The notes beneath the pieces were generated by a model. That model had not been told where the DNA came from and made no database searches. It worked only from the letters and a program-made list of their open reading frames with translations. The position numbers and the translations under genes were made by a program. A stretch of 64,000 nt of DNA. It comes from the human T2T-CHM13v2.0 reference genome, Homo sapiens. Where the stretch lies: NCBI RefSeq assembly GCF_009914755.1, contig NC_060940.1; one strand, written 5' to 3'. This document shows positions 39,356 to 64,000 of the stretch, piece by piece (the first letter of the stretch is position 1; every line of letters begins with the position of its first letter).

Positions 39356-39772
39356 AGATTGTCCTGGCCGCGACCTGAGACCTCCATGAGTGGAGGGAAG
39401 AGTGATCTATGTCTCTTCCCCCAGCAGCTCGGACCACTCCCAGCCCCCCATCCCCCCGTTCCCCAGGGGAGCTGGGGAATTCCTGCCAAGCACCTTGAAT
39501 GGGAGGGGCCTCACAGAGGGCAGGGCCAGGGTCCAGCAGGGGTGGGGGGTTCCTGCTCTGCCCCTGCCCGTCCCCACCCAGTCTTGCCCTCCCATCCTCT
39601 CATCTATTCCCCCGCTGGAGACGGAAGATCTTTTATTTTCTATTATTTATAACTTCAGACTTGGGCCCCCTGTTCTTTCTTTCCCATTAACTTGAGTGAC
39701 CTGTGTGAGAGACAGACAGATGCCCCACGAGGATGGCTGGACAAGGACTTTTACTTTTTATTACATAAAAAT

Positions 39773-39798
39773 ATTAAAAAATAAATAAAAAAAATAAA
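39773..39798 (+). terminator. ATXN2L: ATXN2L polyadenylation signal cluster (ATTAAA plus three AATAAA)
   Basis: attaaaaaataaataaaaaaaataaa, preceded by a U-rich stretch. Confidence 0.8.
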
Positions 39799-39998
39799 AT
39801 TTTAAACTAACTTAACCTGCCTGGAGTTTCCTCCTTGGAGACTAGAGTGGGGTGACAGCTGTCAGTCTTTTGTGGCATTGATAGGTGCTGCATTGTGACC
39901 TGTTCCTTCACCTCCATGTAAAAACCGTGTCCAGTGGCCAGCCATGGTGGCTCACGCCTGTAATCCCAGCACTTTGGGAGGCTGAGGTGGGCAGATCA

Positions 39999-40550
<552 letters not shown>

Positions 40551-41515
40551 CTATTTTCTCATCTTGAACTTGGCTTCATCTCAAGGTGTGATTCAAAGTT
40601 TCATTTCTAATATGAGTATCTCATGAATTACATACACCTCTTTATGTTGAAGGGTGAATGTTTATGGTCATTGGAATTAAAATCCTGATGGATGTGCAGC
40701 TGACTGTGGATGAGAGCTGTAAAGGTGAAGCTGTTAGTGGGAGAAGAGGGGAGAGGATTGGTTGGGAACTGGGCTTACTGGGGAGCAAGAGCAAAATTAG
40801 GCATTATGGGTGGGACAAGAAGATTGAAGCATGGGATGTGGAAATGACAGCAGGCTCCAGAGGAGGTAGTTTTTCAAGGAGGTTGAGAATTCTCTCGGAG
40901 ACTTGACCTTGGTTTCCTTGCCTAAAATGGAGGTGATTTCACCTTTCCAGGATTTTAAGGAAGTGGCTGGTGCTCAGTGGTAGACGGGTGTTTCAGCTCT
41001 CACCAAAGCCAGAGAAAGCTGGCTGAGACCAGGACAGGAAGAGTGAAGGCTACAGTATTGGGGAAGAATCCCAGCATATGCAGATTTGGAACTTGGTAAT
41101 AGGTGTACATGGTGGGGTGGAGAGAAGGGGTTATTAAAGAGGTTAAAAAAAAAGGACTTTATGTGGTAGCCACTTGGATGCTAAAAATGGGCGGGGTTGG
41201 AGTCCCAAGAGCACTCAGCAGGTAGATGTGGGGTGGTGCAGGAGCTGCAAGGCTTCAGCTGGGCTCAGGATATTTGAAGTGTAGATGGAGAGACAGGTAT
41301 CTACTATGAAATATGGCAAGTATTACTGGGTAATCTTTCAATTTTTTTTTTTTTTTTAAGAGACAGAGTCCCATTATGTTGGCCAGGCTGGTCTTGAACT
41401 CCTGGGCTCAAGCAGTTCTGCCTTGGCCTCCCAAAGTGCTGGGGATTACAGGTGTGAGCCACCACACCCAGCTGAGTAGTCATTTTGATGCTTTCTGGAA
41501 GGACTGCAGATTGTA

Positions 41516-42540
<1,025 letters not shown>

Positions 42541-42950
42541 TATGTTTACCATCTTTGAGCAGAAATCTCAAAGTTGGAAGGGAACTTAGCCTTCAGCCAG
42601 CCAGAAATTCCTCTTGGCAGCCCCTGTCAGCCTTGCCTTGAGCACTGAGGAGAAGACAAATCTGCCCTGTCATTGGACTTCTTTTTGCAAAGTTCTTCCC
42701 TCTTCCTCTTCTCTCACCCACTTCCCTTAGTTTGCCTCTGTTCTGGAGTCAAAAATCAGGTTTTGCATTTTCTCAAAACAGCTCTTAAGTTGGGCCCAAG
42801 AGCCCTCCCTTCTGGGAGCTCATCTTAGCCATCCTGGGTGTGTATTCATTTGTCAGGATGCATTTGTGATAGGGGTGCCTGTTAACCTCTGCCGAGCCTT
42901 GCTTTGCTTGGTGTCGGCATCCTTGCCAGTCATCACTCCCAAGTTTTTGA

Positions 42951-43253
<303 letters not shown>

Positions 43254-43256
43254 TGA

Positions 43257-43932
<676 letters not shown>

Positions 43933-43966
43933 TAAATCAAGTTTTCTTAGACATTACACACTTAAT

Positions 43967-44947
<981 letters not shown>

Positions 44948-45043
44948 TAATATAAACATAACTTCACTGAGAAATCAAAAAATTTGTGACCTGCTTTATT
45001 GTGGTAGTCTGGAAGCAAACCTACAGCATCTGAGGTATGCCTG
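44948..45043 (+). mobile_element. Tigger1 3' terminal fragment
   Basis: ...ctttattgtggtagtctggaa...gaggtatgcctg matches the Tigger1 end (TIR CAGGCATACCTC). Confidence 0.7.
44995..45000 (-). terminator. TUFM: Candidate distal TUFM poly(A) signal AATAAA
   Basis: First canonical AATAAA downstream of the stop on the minus strand. Confidence 0.6.
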
Positions 45044-45372
45044 TCCAGTCCCTGTTCCCACAGAATGTGAATGGATGCTAGACATTCACTTAGTATTCCG
45101 AGGAAACAAGATGGGTTTGGCACCTGAGCTGAAGCCATGCTGGCTCCAGAGCGATAGAACATTCTTTCCCACTATCTCCCAGGAGGCTGAATAACGGCAT
45201 CCTACTGTGTCTAGGCAATCACTAAGCTCACTGGACTTGATTTCTCCGTTAAAACTGCTCTGGGATCTCACAAGCTCCCCATCTGTCTGGGGTTCAACAC
45301 CCTTTTTGTCCTCCCCTATCCTCTCCAATTTGCACAAAGGACACAGGACACAGGCTGGCTTACTATTCAAAG

Positions 45373-45378
45373 TTTACT
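45373..45378 (-). terminator. TUFM: Candidate proximal TUFM poly(A) signal (AGTAAA variant)
   Basis: About 165 nt past the stop codon, followed by GU-rich sequence on the minus strand. Confidence 0.55.
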
Positions 45379-45543
45379 GACCTCCCCAGCCAGGCAGGCC
45401 AACCCTTCCGAGCAGGGGAAATGTCCATCTAGCTGCCCTCTGCTGGGTTGCAGCCTATGCCATGAGAGGGTACTGGAAGCAGGAGGGAGCCCTGGCTAGG
45501 GCAGGCCTTAAACGCAAGGGAAGCTGAGCAGAGATCTGCACAC

Positions 45544-48838
<3,295 letters not shown>

Positions 48839-49169
48839 ACTCGCGCCCCGGTAACCGGGGAGCCGGGACCAGGAGCCCGAGCGCACAGAAGAGGAAGGGC
48901 GCCTGCGGCTGGAAGGCACTTCCGGCGGAAGTTAGAGCTGGGAGGGCAAGTCCGGGCCCCTCTAGCCGCCAGTGTCTATGGCCGTCTCAGCCGACGTCGG
49001 GCGCGCGGCTGAAGACGTCATGGAGGGGGCTGGTGTCTCGAGGGCGGAGTATGATGGAGAGGTTTTCCACCACTCGCGCCTCTCGGGCTGAGGGGCAACG
49101 TAGTTCTCTCTGGCGGTCGCAGGGGGCACTGAGGAGCGTCCCCTAAATCACCGGCGCCGCGAAGGCTCA

Positions 49170-49396
49170 TGGGCGTAGTAGTTCTCAGGTCGGCGGGCTG
49201 TGGAGGTGATCAGAGTGGGAGTCAGGCGGGCTAGGCCGGACCCGGAGGGAGGGGCTCGGGCTCCGGGAGGCAGCTGCGGCTCCGACTGCTCAGGAACCTC
49301 CTCCTGGGCCCGGCAGAGAGAGACCCCGAGTCCCCCGGAGTCCGACTCGCTACGCGGGTCTTGCGAGATATCTGGCCGCCTCTGCCGCAGCTGGAG
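49170..49396 (+). other. SH2B1: Probable non-coding distal first exon of SH2B1 (start approximate; coding exons lie beyond the window)
   Basis: Donor gag|gtaggg at 49396/49397 at the edge of the CpG island; gene identity comes from the known gene order, not from coding sequence. Confidence 0.45.
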
Positions 49397-50368
49397 GTAG
49401 GGGACCAGGTCCTGGACGCCTTTCGGGGATGGGGTGAAGTGTGACCTCCCTCTTCGCTGAGACTTTGTTTTCTAATCTGTAAAATGGGAATAGTAGTATC
49501 CACTTCATAGGGAGAGCCTGACATCTAGCCCTGAGAGGAGATGAACTGGGTAGGAGTCAGTGTTGGGCCCTGTGAGGTCAGGCAGCTTGCGGGGACCCTG
49601 TACTGCTAGACCTCACAGGGCCAGAGCCCACAAGACAGACAGCTTCGCTGCCCACCCCTGTAGTCCCTCAGCAGCCTAAGGAGCAGTTCCGTTGGGCATC
49701 GCCCCACCCATCTAATTTTGCAGATGAGGAGCCAAGGATGAGGAGCCAGCTAGGGGAGCCTTTAAGGGGAGCCTGAGTCTCCTTTAATCTGTCGGTGTCC
49801 CCAGCACCTAACAGGGTGGAGCATGCAGTGAATGTTGAATGAATGGGTGCAAGGGTAGTCAATGTCCCTTAACTTTCACATCCATCATCTCATGGCAGCT
49901 TCCACAGGGCACTCCAAAGTGTTAATTATGGCTGCTTAACCCTGGCTAATGTTTCGGAACTCATCAGATCCTGAGACTCAGTGGACAGTGTTTGTTTCAA
50001 ATAGATTCCCTAATTCCTCCCCTGGAGGTTATGATTCCGTGGGGTCTATGCACAGACTGGGAAGCTATATAACAAACACTCTTCTAAAACTGAGAAGAGG
50101 CTGGGCACGGTGGCTATAGTGCCAGCCTATAGTCCCAGCAGTTTGGGAGGCTGAGGTGGGAGGACGGTTTGAAGCCAGGAGTTCAAGACCAGCCTGGGCA
50201 GATTAGGAGACCCTATCTCTACAAAAAAAAATTTAAAATTAGCCAGGCACAGTAGCATGCAGCTATAGCCCCTCCTACTCAGGAGGCCGAGGCAGGAGGA
50301 TCGCCTGAGCTCAGGAGTTCAAGGCTGTGGTGAGGTATGATCATGACACTGCACCCCACCGTGAGTGA

Positions 50369-50632
<264 letters not shown>

Positions 50633-50897
50633 TGATCCGCCCATTGTGGCCTCCCAAAGTGCTGGGACTACAGGCGTGAGCTACCACGCTCAGCCAAGAA
50701 AGACCCCATCTCTATAAAAATATTTTGGCCAGGCGTGGTGGCTCACACCTGTAATCCTAGCACTTTGGGAGGCCGGGCGGGTGGATTGCTTGAGTTCAGG
50801 AGTTCGAGAACAGCCTGGGCAACACGGTGAAACTCTGTCTCTACTAAAATACAAAAAATTAGCTGGGCGTGGCAGTGTGCACCTGTAGTACCAGCTA

Positions 50898-51026
<129 letters not shown>

Positions 51027-51167
51027 TCAAATGAAAACTCAGAGGAGTTTGGGAAACTCTGAACTAGAGCTTTATGATGTTCAGGCATTCCTATTGTTTC
51101 ACAATCAGCGCTCCCAGTGCTACCCTGGGTAGTAGGAACTATTATTTCCTCCATTTTGCAGGTGTGA

Positions 51168-51554
<387 letters not shown>

Positions 51555-52177
51555 TAACTCTCATTTTACTGCTCAGATAAAGTGAGGAACTTGCTAAGAC
51601 TTCTCTCTTCCTGGCCCTCCAGTTAATCAGTTCTGCTTAGGAAAGGCTGGTATCATGTGTAGTATAAACAGATTTTGTTTTTGTTTTTTTGACAGAGCCT
51701 TGCTGGGTCTCCTAGGCTGGAGCATAGTAGGGCAGTCACAGCTCACTGCAGCTTCAGCCTCCCAAGCTCAATCTACCTCAGCCTCCCAAATAGCTGGGAT
51801 TACAAGCATACACCACCACACCTGGCTAATTTTTGTATTTTTTGTAGAGATGGGGTTTCGCCATGTTGGCCAGGCTGGTCTCCCAATACCGGGGCCCAAG
51901 CCGTCTGCCCACCTTGGCCTCTCAAAATGCTGGGATTACAGGCATGAGCCACTGTGCCCAGCCTAAAAGGGTTTTCTGTTTCTACTCTGTACCTAAGTCA
52001 CTGTACTCCTAGGAATTTATCCTAAGACACTATTGGCCACTAGCAAGTTATGAGTTTTTGGGGGTGGTATTTGAATTAATGGTTTATATTTTTGTGGTGC
52101 TATATTTATTTTAATGTGTATTAGCTTGAAAAAAAACTGGCATAATAATCAAGTTTTTAAAAAAACAGATCAACTTA

Positions 52178-52372
<195 letters not shown>

Positions 52373-52903
52373 TCAGCTACTCAGGAGGCTGAAGCAGGAG
52401 AATCGCTTGAACCCAGGAGGCGGAGGTTGCAGTGAGCCGATATCACGCCATTGTACTCCAGCCTGGGTGACAGAGCGAGACTCTGTCTCAAAAATAAAAT
52501 AAAAACTATTATGTGTGGTATGAATATATGGCAAATTTTTTGGAAGGTAGTGAATGAATGGCTAGAGTTTGAGAAACACGGTGTTCGGAAAAGAGCCCAG
52601 AGAAAATTTTTTCTAGAGCTGTTGACCGTAGCATCCTCTGTATTAGTGAATGGCTCAGTCAGAAGTCTTGACTTACAGATAACAGATTTTACATTGGCTG
52701 GCTTAAGCAGAGGAGGGATTTGTTAAGGGTATTAGGCAGCTTACAGAATTGTGGGGCAAACTGGAGAACTAATTCCAAGCCATAGAACTGATTTGACCTG
52801 ATAAGAAAACTGCTGTTACTGTCACTACCATCAAATGCTACATGCCAGGATATCAACTCGTCTGTTATAGCTACTGCCGGGGGCACTGAAACCACTTCTG
52901 CTA

Positions 52904-53131
<228 letters not shown>

Positions 53132-53238
53132 CTAAAACAAAAAGGGCCAGGTGTGGTGGCTCACGCCTGTAATCCCAGAACTTTGGGACGCTAAGGTGGG
53201 CGGATCATGAGGTCAGGAGATCAAGACCATCATGGCTA

Positions 53239-53527
<289 letters not shown>

Positions 53528-53530
53528 TCA

Positions 53531-53766
<236 letters not shown>

Positions 53767-54371
53767 CTATCCAAAACAGGACTCTCCACTTCCTCTCACT
53801 CTCCTTATACATCTGAACGTGGGGCACCACTGTTCTCCCCTCCCCTCTCCCCACACCTACGCTCCTCCCCAGTTCTGATTCTCCAAATGGAATCCCCAGT
53901 GTGACCCCACGTTTTACTATGTCCTCTGTCAACACTGTGGTTCAATTGGGATCATCTCTCATCCAGGTTACCTCAGGAGCTCTCCAGTGGGTCTCCTGGC
54001 TTCTGTTCTCATTCCCAACGCCTTTCTTCTTTTTTTTTTTTTTTCCAAGATGGAGTCTTGCTCTGTCACCCAGGCTGGAGTGCAATGGCACAATCTTGGC
54101 TTACTGTAACCTCCGCCTCCCGGGTTAAAGCGATTCTCCTGCCTCACCCTCCCAAGTAGCTGGGATTCCAGGCGCCTGCCACCACGCCCAGGTAATTTTT
54201 TTGTATTTTTAGTAGAGATGGAGTTTCACCATGTTGGCCAGGCTGGTCTCGAACTCCTGACCTTGTGATCCACCCGCCTCAGCCTCCCAAAATGCTGGGA
54301 TTATAGGCATGAGCCACCGCGCCTGGCCTTTTTTAAAAAAAATACATATATTGGCCAGGCATGGTGCCTCA

Positions 54372-54704
<333 letters not shown>

Positions 54705-54744
54705 CTATGAGTGAATAAACTATGAGCAAGACTCCGTATCCAAA

Positions 54745-55887
<1,143 letters not shown>

Positions 55888-56149
55888 TAGTTTTAGTGGA
55901 GACGAGGTTTCACCATTCTGGCCAGGCTGGTCTCGAACTCCTGACCTCATGATCCGCCCACTTCAGCCTCCCAAAGTGCTGAGATTACAGGCATGAGCCA
56001 CTACGCCCAGCGCCCACCCACCCCACTTTTTCTTTTTTTTTTTTTTTGTAGAGACGGGGTCTCCCTATGTTGCCCAGGCTAGTCTCAAATTTCTGGCTCA
56101 AGCAATCCTCCCACTTTAGCTTCCTGAAATGCTGGGATTTCAGGTGTGA

Positions 56150-56305
<156 letters not shown>

Positions 56306-57380
56306 TGAGACCATCCTGGCTAACACGGTGAAACCCCATCTCTACTAAAATACAAAAAAAATTAGCCGGGCGTAGGTGGTGCACGCCTGTAGTCCCAGCT
56401 ACTCGGGAGGCTGAGACAGGAGAATGGCGTAAAACCCGGGAGGTGGAGCTTGCAGTGAGCCAAGATCGCACCACTGCACTCCAGACTGGGAGACAGAGTG
56501 AGACTAGGTCTCAAAAAAAAAAAAAAAAAAAAAAAAAAGTGCATCATCTCAGAACTTTGTGAGGCCAAGGTAGGAAGATAGCTTGAGCCCAGGAGTTTCA
56601 AGACTAGCCTGGGCAATGTAGTGAGACTCCATCTCTACAAAAAATTTGAAAAATTAGCAGGGCATGGTGGCAAGCACCTGTAGTTCCAGCTCTGTGGGAG
56701 GCTGGGGTGGGAGGATCACTTGATCACTTGAGCCCAGGAGGTCGAGGCTGCAATGAGCCGTGATCACACCACTGCATTTCAGCATGGGTGACAGAGCAAG
56801 ACCCTGTCTTAACAAAAATAATAATATAAATAAAATATTGACCATAAATGAACCCTCCCTAAATGACTCCTCACTGCACTTGGAATAAAATCCAAATTCC
56901 TACTTTAAATGGGCGATTTGTATCTCAATCATGGTAGGTGAATTATATCTCAATAAAGCTGTTATTAAAAAAATAATAAGGCCAAGTATGGTGGCTCATG
57001 CCTGTATGTAATCCCAGCACTTTAGGAGGCCGAGGAGGGTGGATTGCTTGAGCCCAAGAGTTTGAGACCAGCCTGGGCAATATGGCAAGAACCCGTCTCT
57101 ACAAAAAATAGAAAAATTAGCTGGGCATGGTAGTGCACCCCTGGAGTCCCAACTACTTGGAAGGCTGAGGCAGGAGGATCAATTCAGCCTGGGAGTTCAA
57201 GGTTGCATTGAGCTGTGCTCAAGCCACTGCACTTTTGCCTGGGTAACAGAACGAGACCCTGTCTCAAAATAATAACGACAATAATAATAAAATTCTCCGT
57301 GTGTCCCACAAGGCCTGCATAATCTGGCCAGCTCTTTGAACCCATGTAGTTCATTTTCCTCACTCCCCTGGCTGCACTAG

Positions 57381-57509
<129 letters not shown>

Positions 57510-57726
57510 TGAGTAGCTAGGATTACAGATGACCACTACCACACCCTGCTAATTTTTGTATTTTTAGTAGACAGGGTATCACCATGTTGGCCAGGCTGGT
57601 CTCGAACTCCTGACTTCGGGTGATCTGCCCACCTTGGCCTCTGAAGGTGCTGGGTGCCTTACAAGTGTGAGACACCATGCCTTTCCCACACTGGCCCCCC
57701 ACTTTCGTTTTGCAAACATTCCATGA

Positions 57727-58011
<285 letters not shown>

Positions 58012-58064
58012 TGAGCCACCGCGCCCGGCCCCCATGATTGTTTCTACCTTGATTTTCTTCATAG

Positions 58065-58403
<339 letters not shown>

Positions 58404-59497
58404 TGATCCACCGACCTCGTGATCCGCCTGCCTCGGCCTCCCAAAGTGCTGGGATTACAGGTGTGAGCCACCGCGCCCAGCCTTTTTTACTCTTAAGAAC
58501 AATGCCGGCCAGGCGTGGTGGCTCACACTTGTAATCCCAGCACTTTGGGACACCGAGGTGGATGAATCACGAGGTCAGGAGTTAAAGACCAGCCTGGCCA
58601 ACCCCATCTGTACTAAAAATACAAAAAAAAAAAAAAAATAGCTGTGGGGTGGTGGTGGGTGCCTGTAATCCCAGCTACTAGGGAGGCTGAGGCAGGAGAA
58701 TCACTTGAATCCGGAGGTGGACATTGCAGTGAGCCCAGATCACGCCACTGCACTCCAGCCCAGGGGACCGTGCAAGACTCCATCTCAAAAAAAAAAAAAA
58801 AACCACACACACACAAAAAAGTGCCTAATACTTAAGTGAATCAGTATTTGTTGGAGGATTTATTGAATCATTTCAATTGAGCATTTGCATTGGGCTTAGT
58901 AAGTTTCCTGAGGTTTTCAATGGAAAGCAAATTTTATATTCACATTCATTTTTATAAATAAAGATGGGTCACTGTACCTTCTTGGCCCTCAGCTTTATTA
59001 TCTACAAATTGGGGGTGGAGGTTAAATCATATGATGATCTCTAAGATTTCTTGTAGCTCTAAAACTTCTAAGAGGAGGATGGGGTCTGGTGCAATGGAAA
59101 TGAGTACTGGGCTAGCCAGGAACTTAGTGGCACATTAAGGACTAGGTCCCAGCGCACTGTCCTTGGTGCCACTCTATAAATCCTTCCTCAGAGGAAGCTC
59201 AAGGGCATCCTTCACTCTTCACTCTTCCCACCAGCCAACTTGGCAGGACCTCCTGGGAAGTCTCTCTGGTTAAACCCCTTGGCACCAACCCCATTACATC
59301 GCCATAGCCAGGCCAGCATCAGCCCTCTTGTGGACCACTGCACCAACTTCTGCTCTGCCTCCTGCCTCCCCAAGTCCCTGCATGCCAACCCTGAGTGTGC
59401 TTCCAAACCCAGGGCTCCCGTCATACCCATGTCACTCTGATGTGATGGGAGACATCACAACTGGAAGCACTTGGTGAATGTCATACAAAAGCTACTA

Positions 59498-59791
<294 letters not shown>

Positions 59792-59869
59792 TCAAAAAAA
59801 AAAAAAAAGATAGTTGAGAGGTGGCCTAGGTGGACCAGCCATGCATGGCTTCCCAGAGGAGGCTACACT

Positions 59870-61152
<1,283 letters not shown>

Positions 61153-62522
61153 TTCAAAATTTTATTTATTTGGCTGGGCATAGTGGCTCACACTTGTAAT
61201 CCCAGCACTCTGGGAGGCCAAGTCGGGCAGATCACTTGAGGCTGGGAGTTCGGGACCAGCTTTGCTAACATGGTGAATCCCCATCTCTGCTAAAAATACA
61301 AAAATTAGCCAGGCCTGGTGGCGCACGCCTGTAATCTCAGCTATTCGGGAGGCTGAGGCATGAGAATCACTTGAATCCAGGAGGCAGAGTTTGCAGCTGG
61401 TGAGCTGAGATCATACCACTGCACTCCAGCCTGGGTGACACAGCAAGACTGTTTCTCAAAAAAAAAAAAAAAAAATCATTTATTTGGTTTTTTTTAGAGA
61501 CAGGATCTTGCTGTGCATGATCTTGGCTCACTGCAACCTCTGCCTCCCTGGTTCAAGCCGTTCTCATGCCTTAGCCTCCCGAGTAGCTGGGATTACAGGC
61601 ATGGACCACCCAACCTGGCTAATTTTTTTGTATTTGTTGTAGAGATGGGGTTTCACCATGTTGCCCAGGCTGGTCTTGAACTCCCAGCCTCGGGTGATTC
61701 GCCTGCCTCAGCCTCCTAATGTGTTGGGATTACAGGTGTGAGCCACCATGCCCAGCCTATTTATTTAAGTTTTATTTTAGGTTTGGGGGTACATGTGAAG
61801 GTTTATCACATAGATAGACACCTGTCATGGGGGTTTGTTATACATGTCATCACTCAGGTATTAAGCCCAGTACCCAACAGATAAATTCCTTATTAAATGA
61901 CAAAAGATCACTGGGCGATGAAAGCTGAGCTCATCAGACACCCCTGTTTTATTTGCTGTAGCTATTGGGAAAGCTATACTCTTTTTCTGCCAGGGTTGTT
62001 TAAGCTGGTAGAATGAGGCTTGGCTATTTTGCTACTTACGAGATGACAACCTCCCTGAGAATGAAGACAGTCCAGGGAGCCAGGCGTGGGTCATGCCTGT
62101 GGTCTCAGCTACTGGGGAGGCTGAGGTGAGAGGACTGCCTCAGCCCAGGAGTTCAAAGCTGCAGTAAGCTATGATTGTACCACTGCACTCCAGCCCAGGT
62201 GACAGAGCAAGACCCTGTATCAGGAAAAAAAAAAAGAGAGAGAGAAAAAGAAAGAAAGTCCAGGGAAAAGCAGAACTAAAAGAGACTGAGACCAAGTTCA
62301 AATCAACATTGTTTGAGCCTCTGGCTCCAGCCATGCCTGAAGTCATCCTATCTCTGATTTTTCAATTATTTAAACCAATAGACGCCCCCCCCCCGCTGTT
62401 TTCATGTTTAAGTTAGCTGGAATTAGGGTTTCTAGTAGTTATAGCGGAAAGCATCCCGAGTTTTACATCCCTGCTTATGAGGAAGAAGGGTTTCTCCCCT
62501 TCATATTAATGCCTTGGCTTAA

Positions 62523-63164
<642 letters not shown>

Positions 63165-63191
63165 TAGAGACCATGGCAGCGCACCCTGTGA

Positions 63192-63566
<375 letters not shown>

Positions 63567-64000
63567 TGATCTGCCCACCATAGCCTCCCAAAGTGCTGGG
63601 ATTGATAACAGTGGGATTGATTACAGGACTGAGCCACCATGCCCAGCACTTTTTTGTTTTTTGAGATGGAGTCTCGCTCTGTTGCCCAGGCTGGAGTGCC
63701 GTGGGACGATTTTGGCTCACCACAGCCTCCGCCTCCCAGATTCAAGTGATTCTCCTGCCTCAGCCTCCTGAGTAGCTGAGATTACAGGCATGTGCCACCA
63801 TGTCCAGCTAATTTTTGTATTTTTAGTAGAGGTGGGGTTTCACTATGTTGGCCAGGATGGTCTTGAACTCCTGAACTCATGATGCGCCCGCCTCAGCCTC
63901 CCAGTGTTGGGATTACAGGCGTGAGCCACTGCGCCCGGCCATCTTAGAACATTTTTTTTTTTGAGACGGAGTCTCGCTCTGTCGCCCAGGCTGGAGTGCA

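Noticed and set aside
49109-49131. CTCF-like GGTCGCAGGGGGCAC
   Set aside because: The 5' half of the core mismatches, and such hits are common by chance in CpG islands

Overview
Primate genomic DNA, very probably human chr16p11.2 (the ATXN2L-TUFM-SH2B1 interval; the locus identity is recognised from the encoded proteins, not from a search). The window is extremely Alu-rich. It holds the complete ATXN2L gene on + (22 coding exons, 25839-38843; exon lengths sum to 3228 nt = 1075 aa + stop, with several alternative C-termini out to 39355) and the complete TUFM gene on - (10 exons, 48838-45544; 1368 nt = 455 aa + stop). TUFM intron 8 carries the mirtron MIR4721. A CpG-island bidirectional promoter at about 48.5-49.4 kb probably also drives a distal non-coding SH2B1 first exon. 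Upstream there is an Alu-interrupted RPS15A processed pseudogene lying inside a shredded ERVL provirus whose LTR41-like LTR carries a strong CTCF motif. Other repeats are hAT and Tigger DNA transposon fossils and MER50- and MER21-like LTRs. Nearly all other ORFs in the supplied track are Alu or low-complexity artefacts. I see no new multi-gene system. The most unusual structures are (i) a ~1 kb AT-rich minisatellite bracketed by ~65 bp inverted arms with a junctional duplication (PATRR-like fold-back), (ii) a phase-matched donor/acceptor matrix with dual reading frames and a possible NMD switch at the ATXN2L 3' end, (iii) three atypical ATXN2L splice acceptors, and (iv) a TUFM poly(A) signal that appears to come from a Tigger1 end. 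Repeat subfamily names are from recalled consensus sequences and need RepeatMasker/Dfam confirmation.
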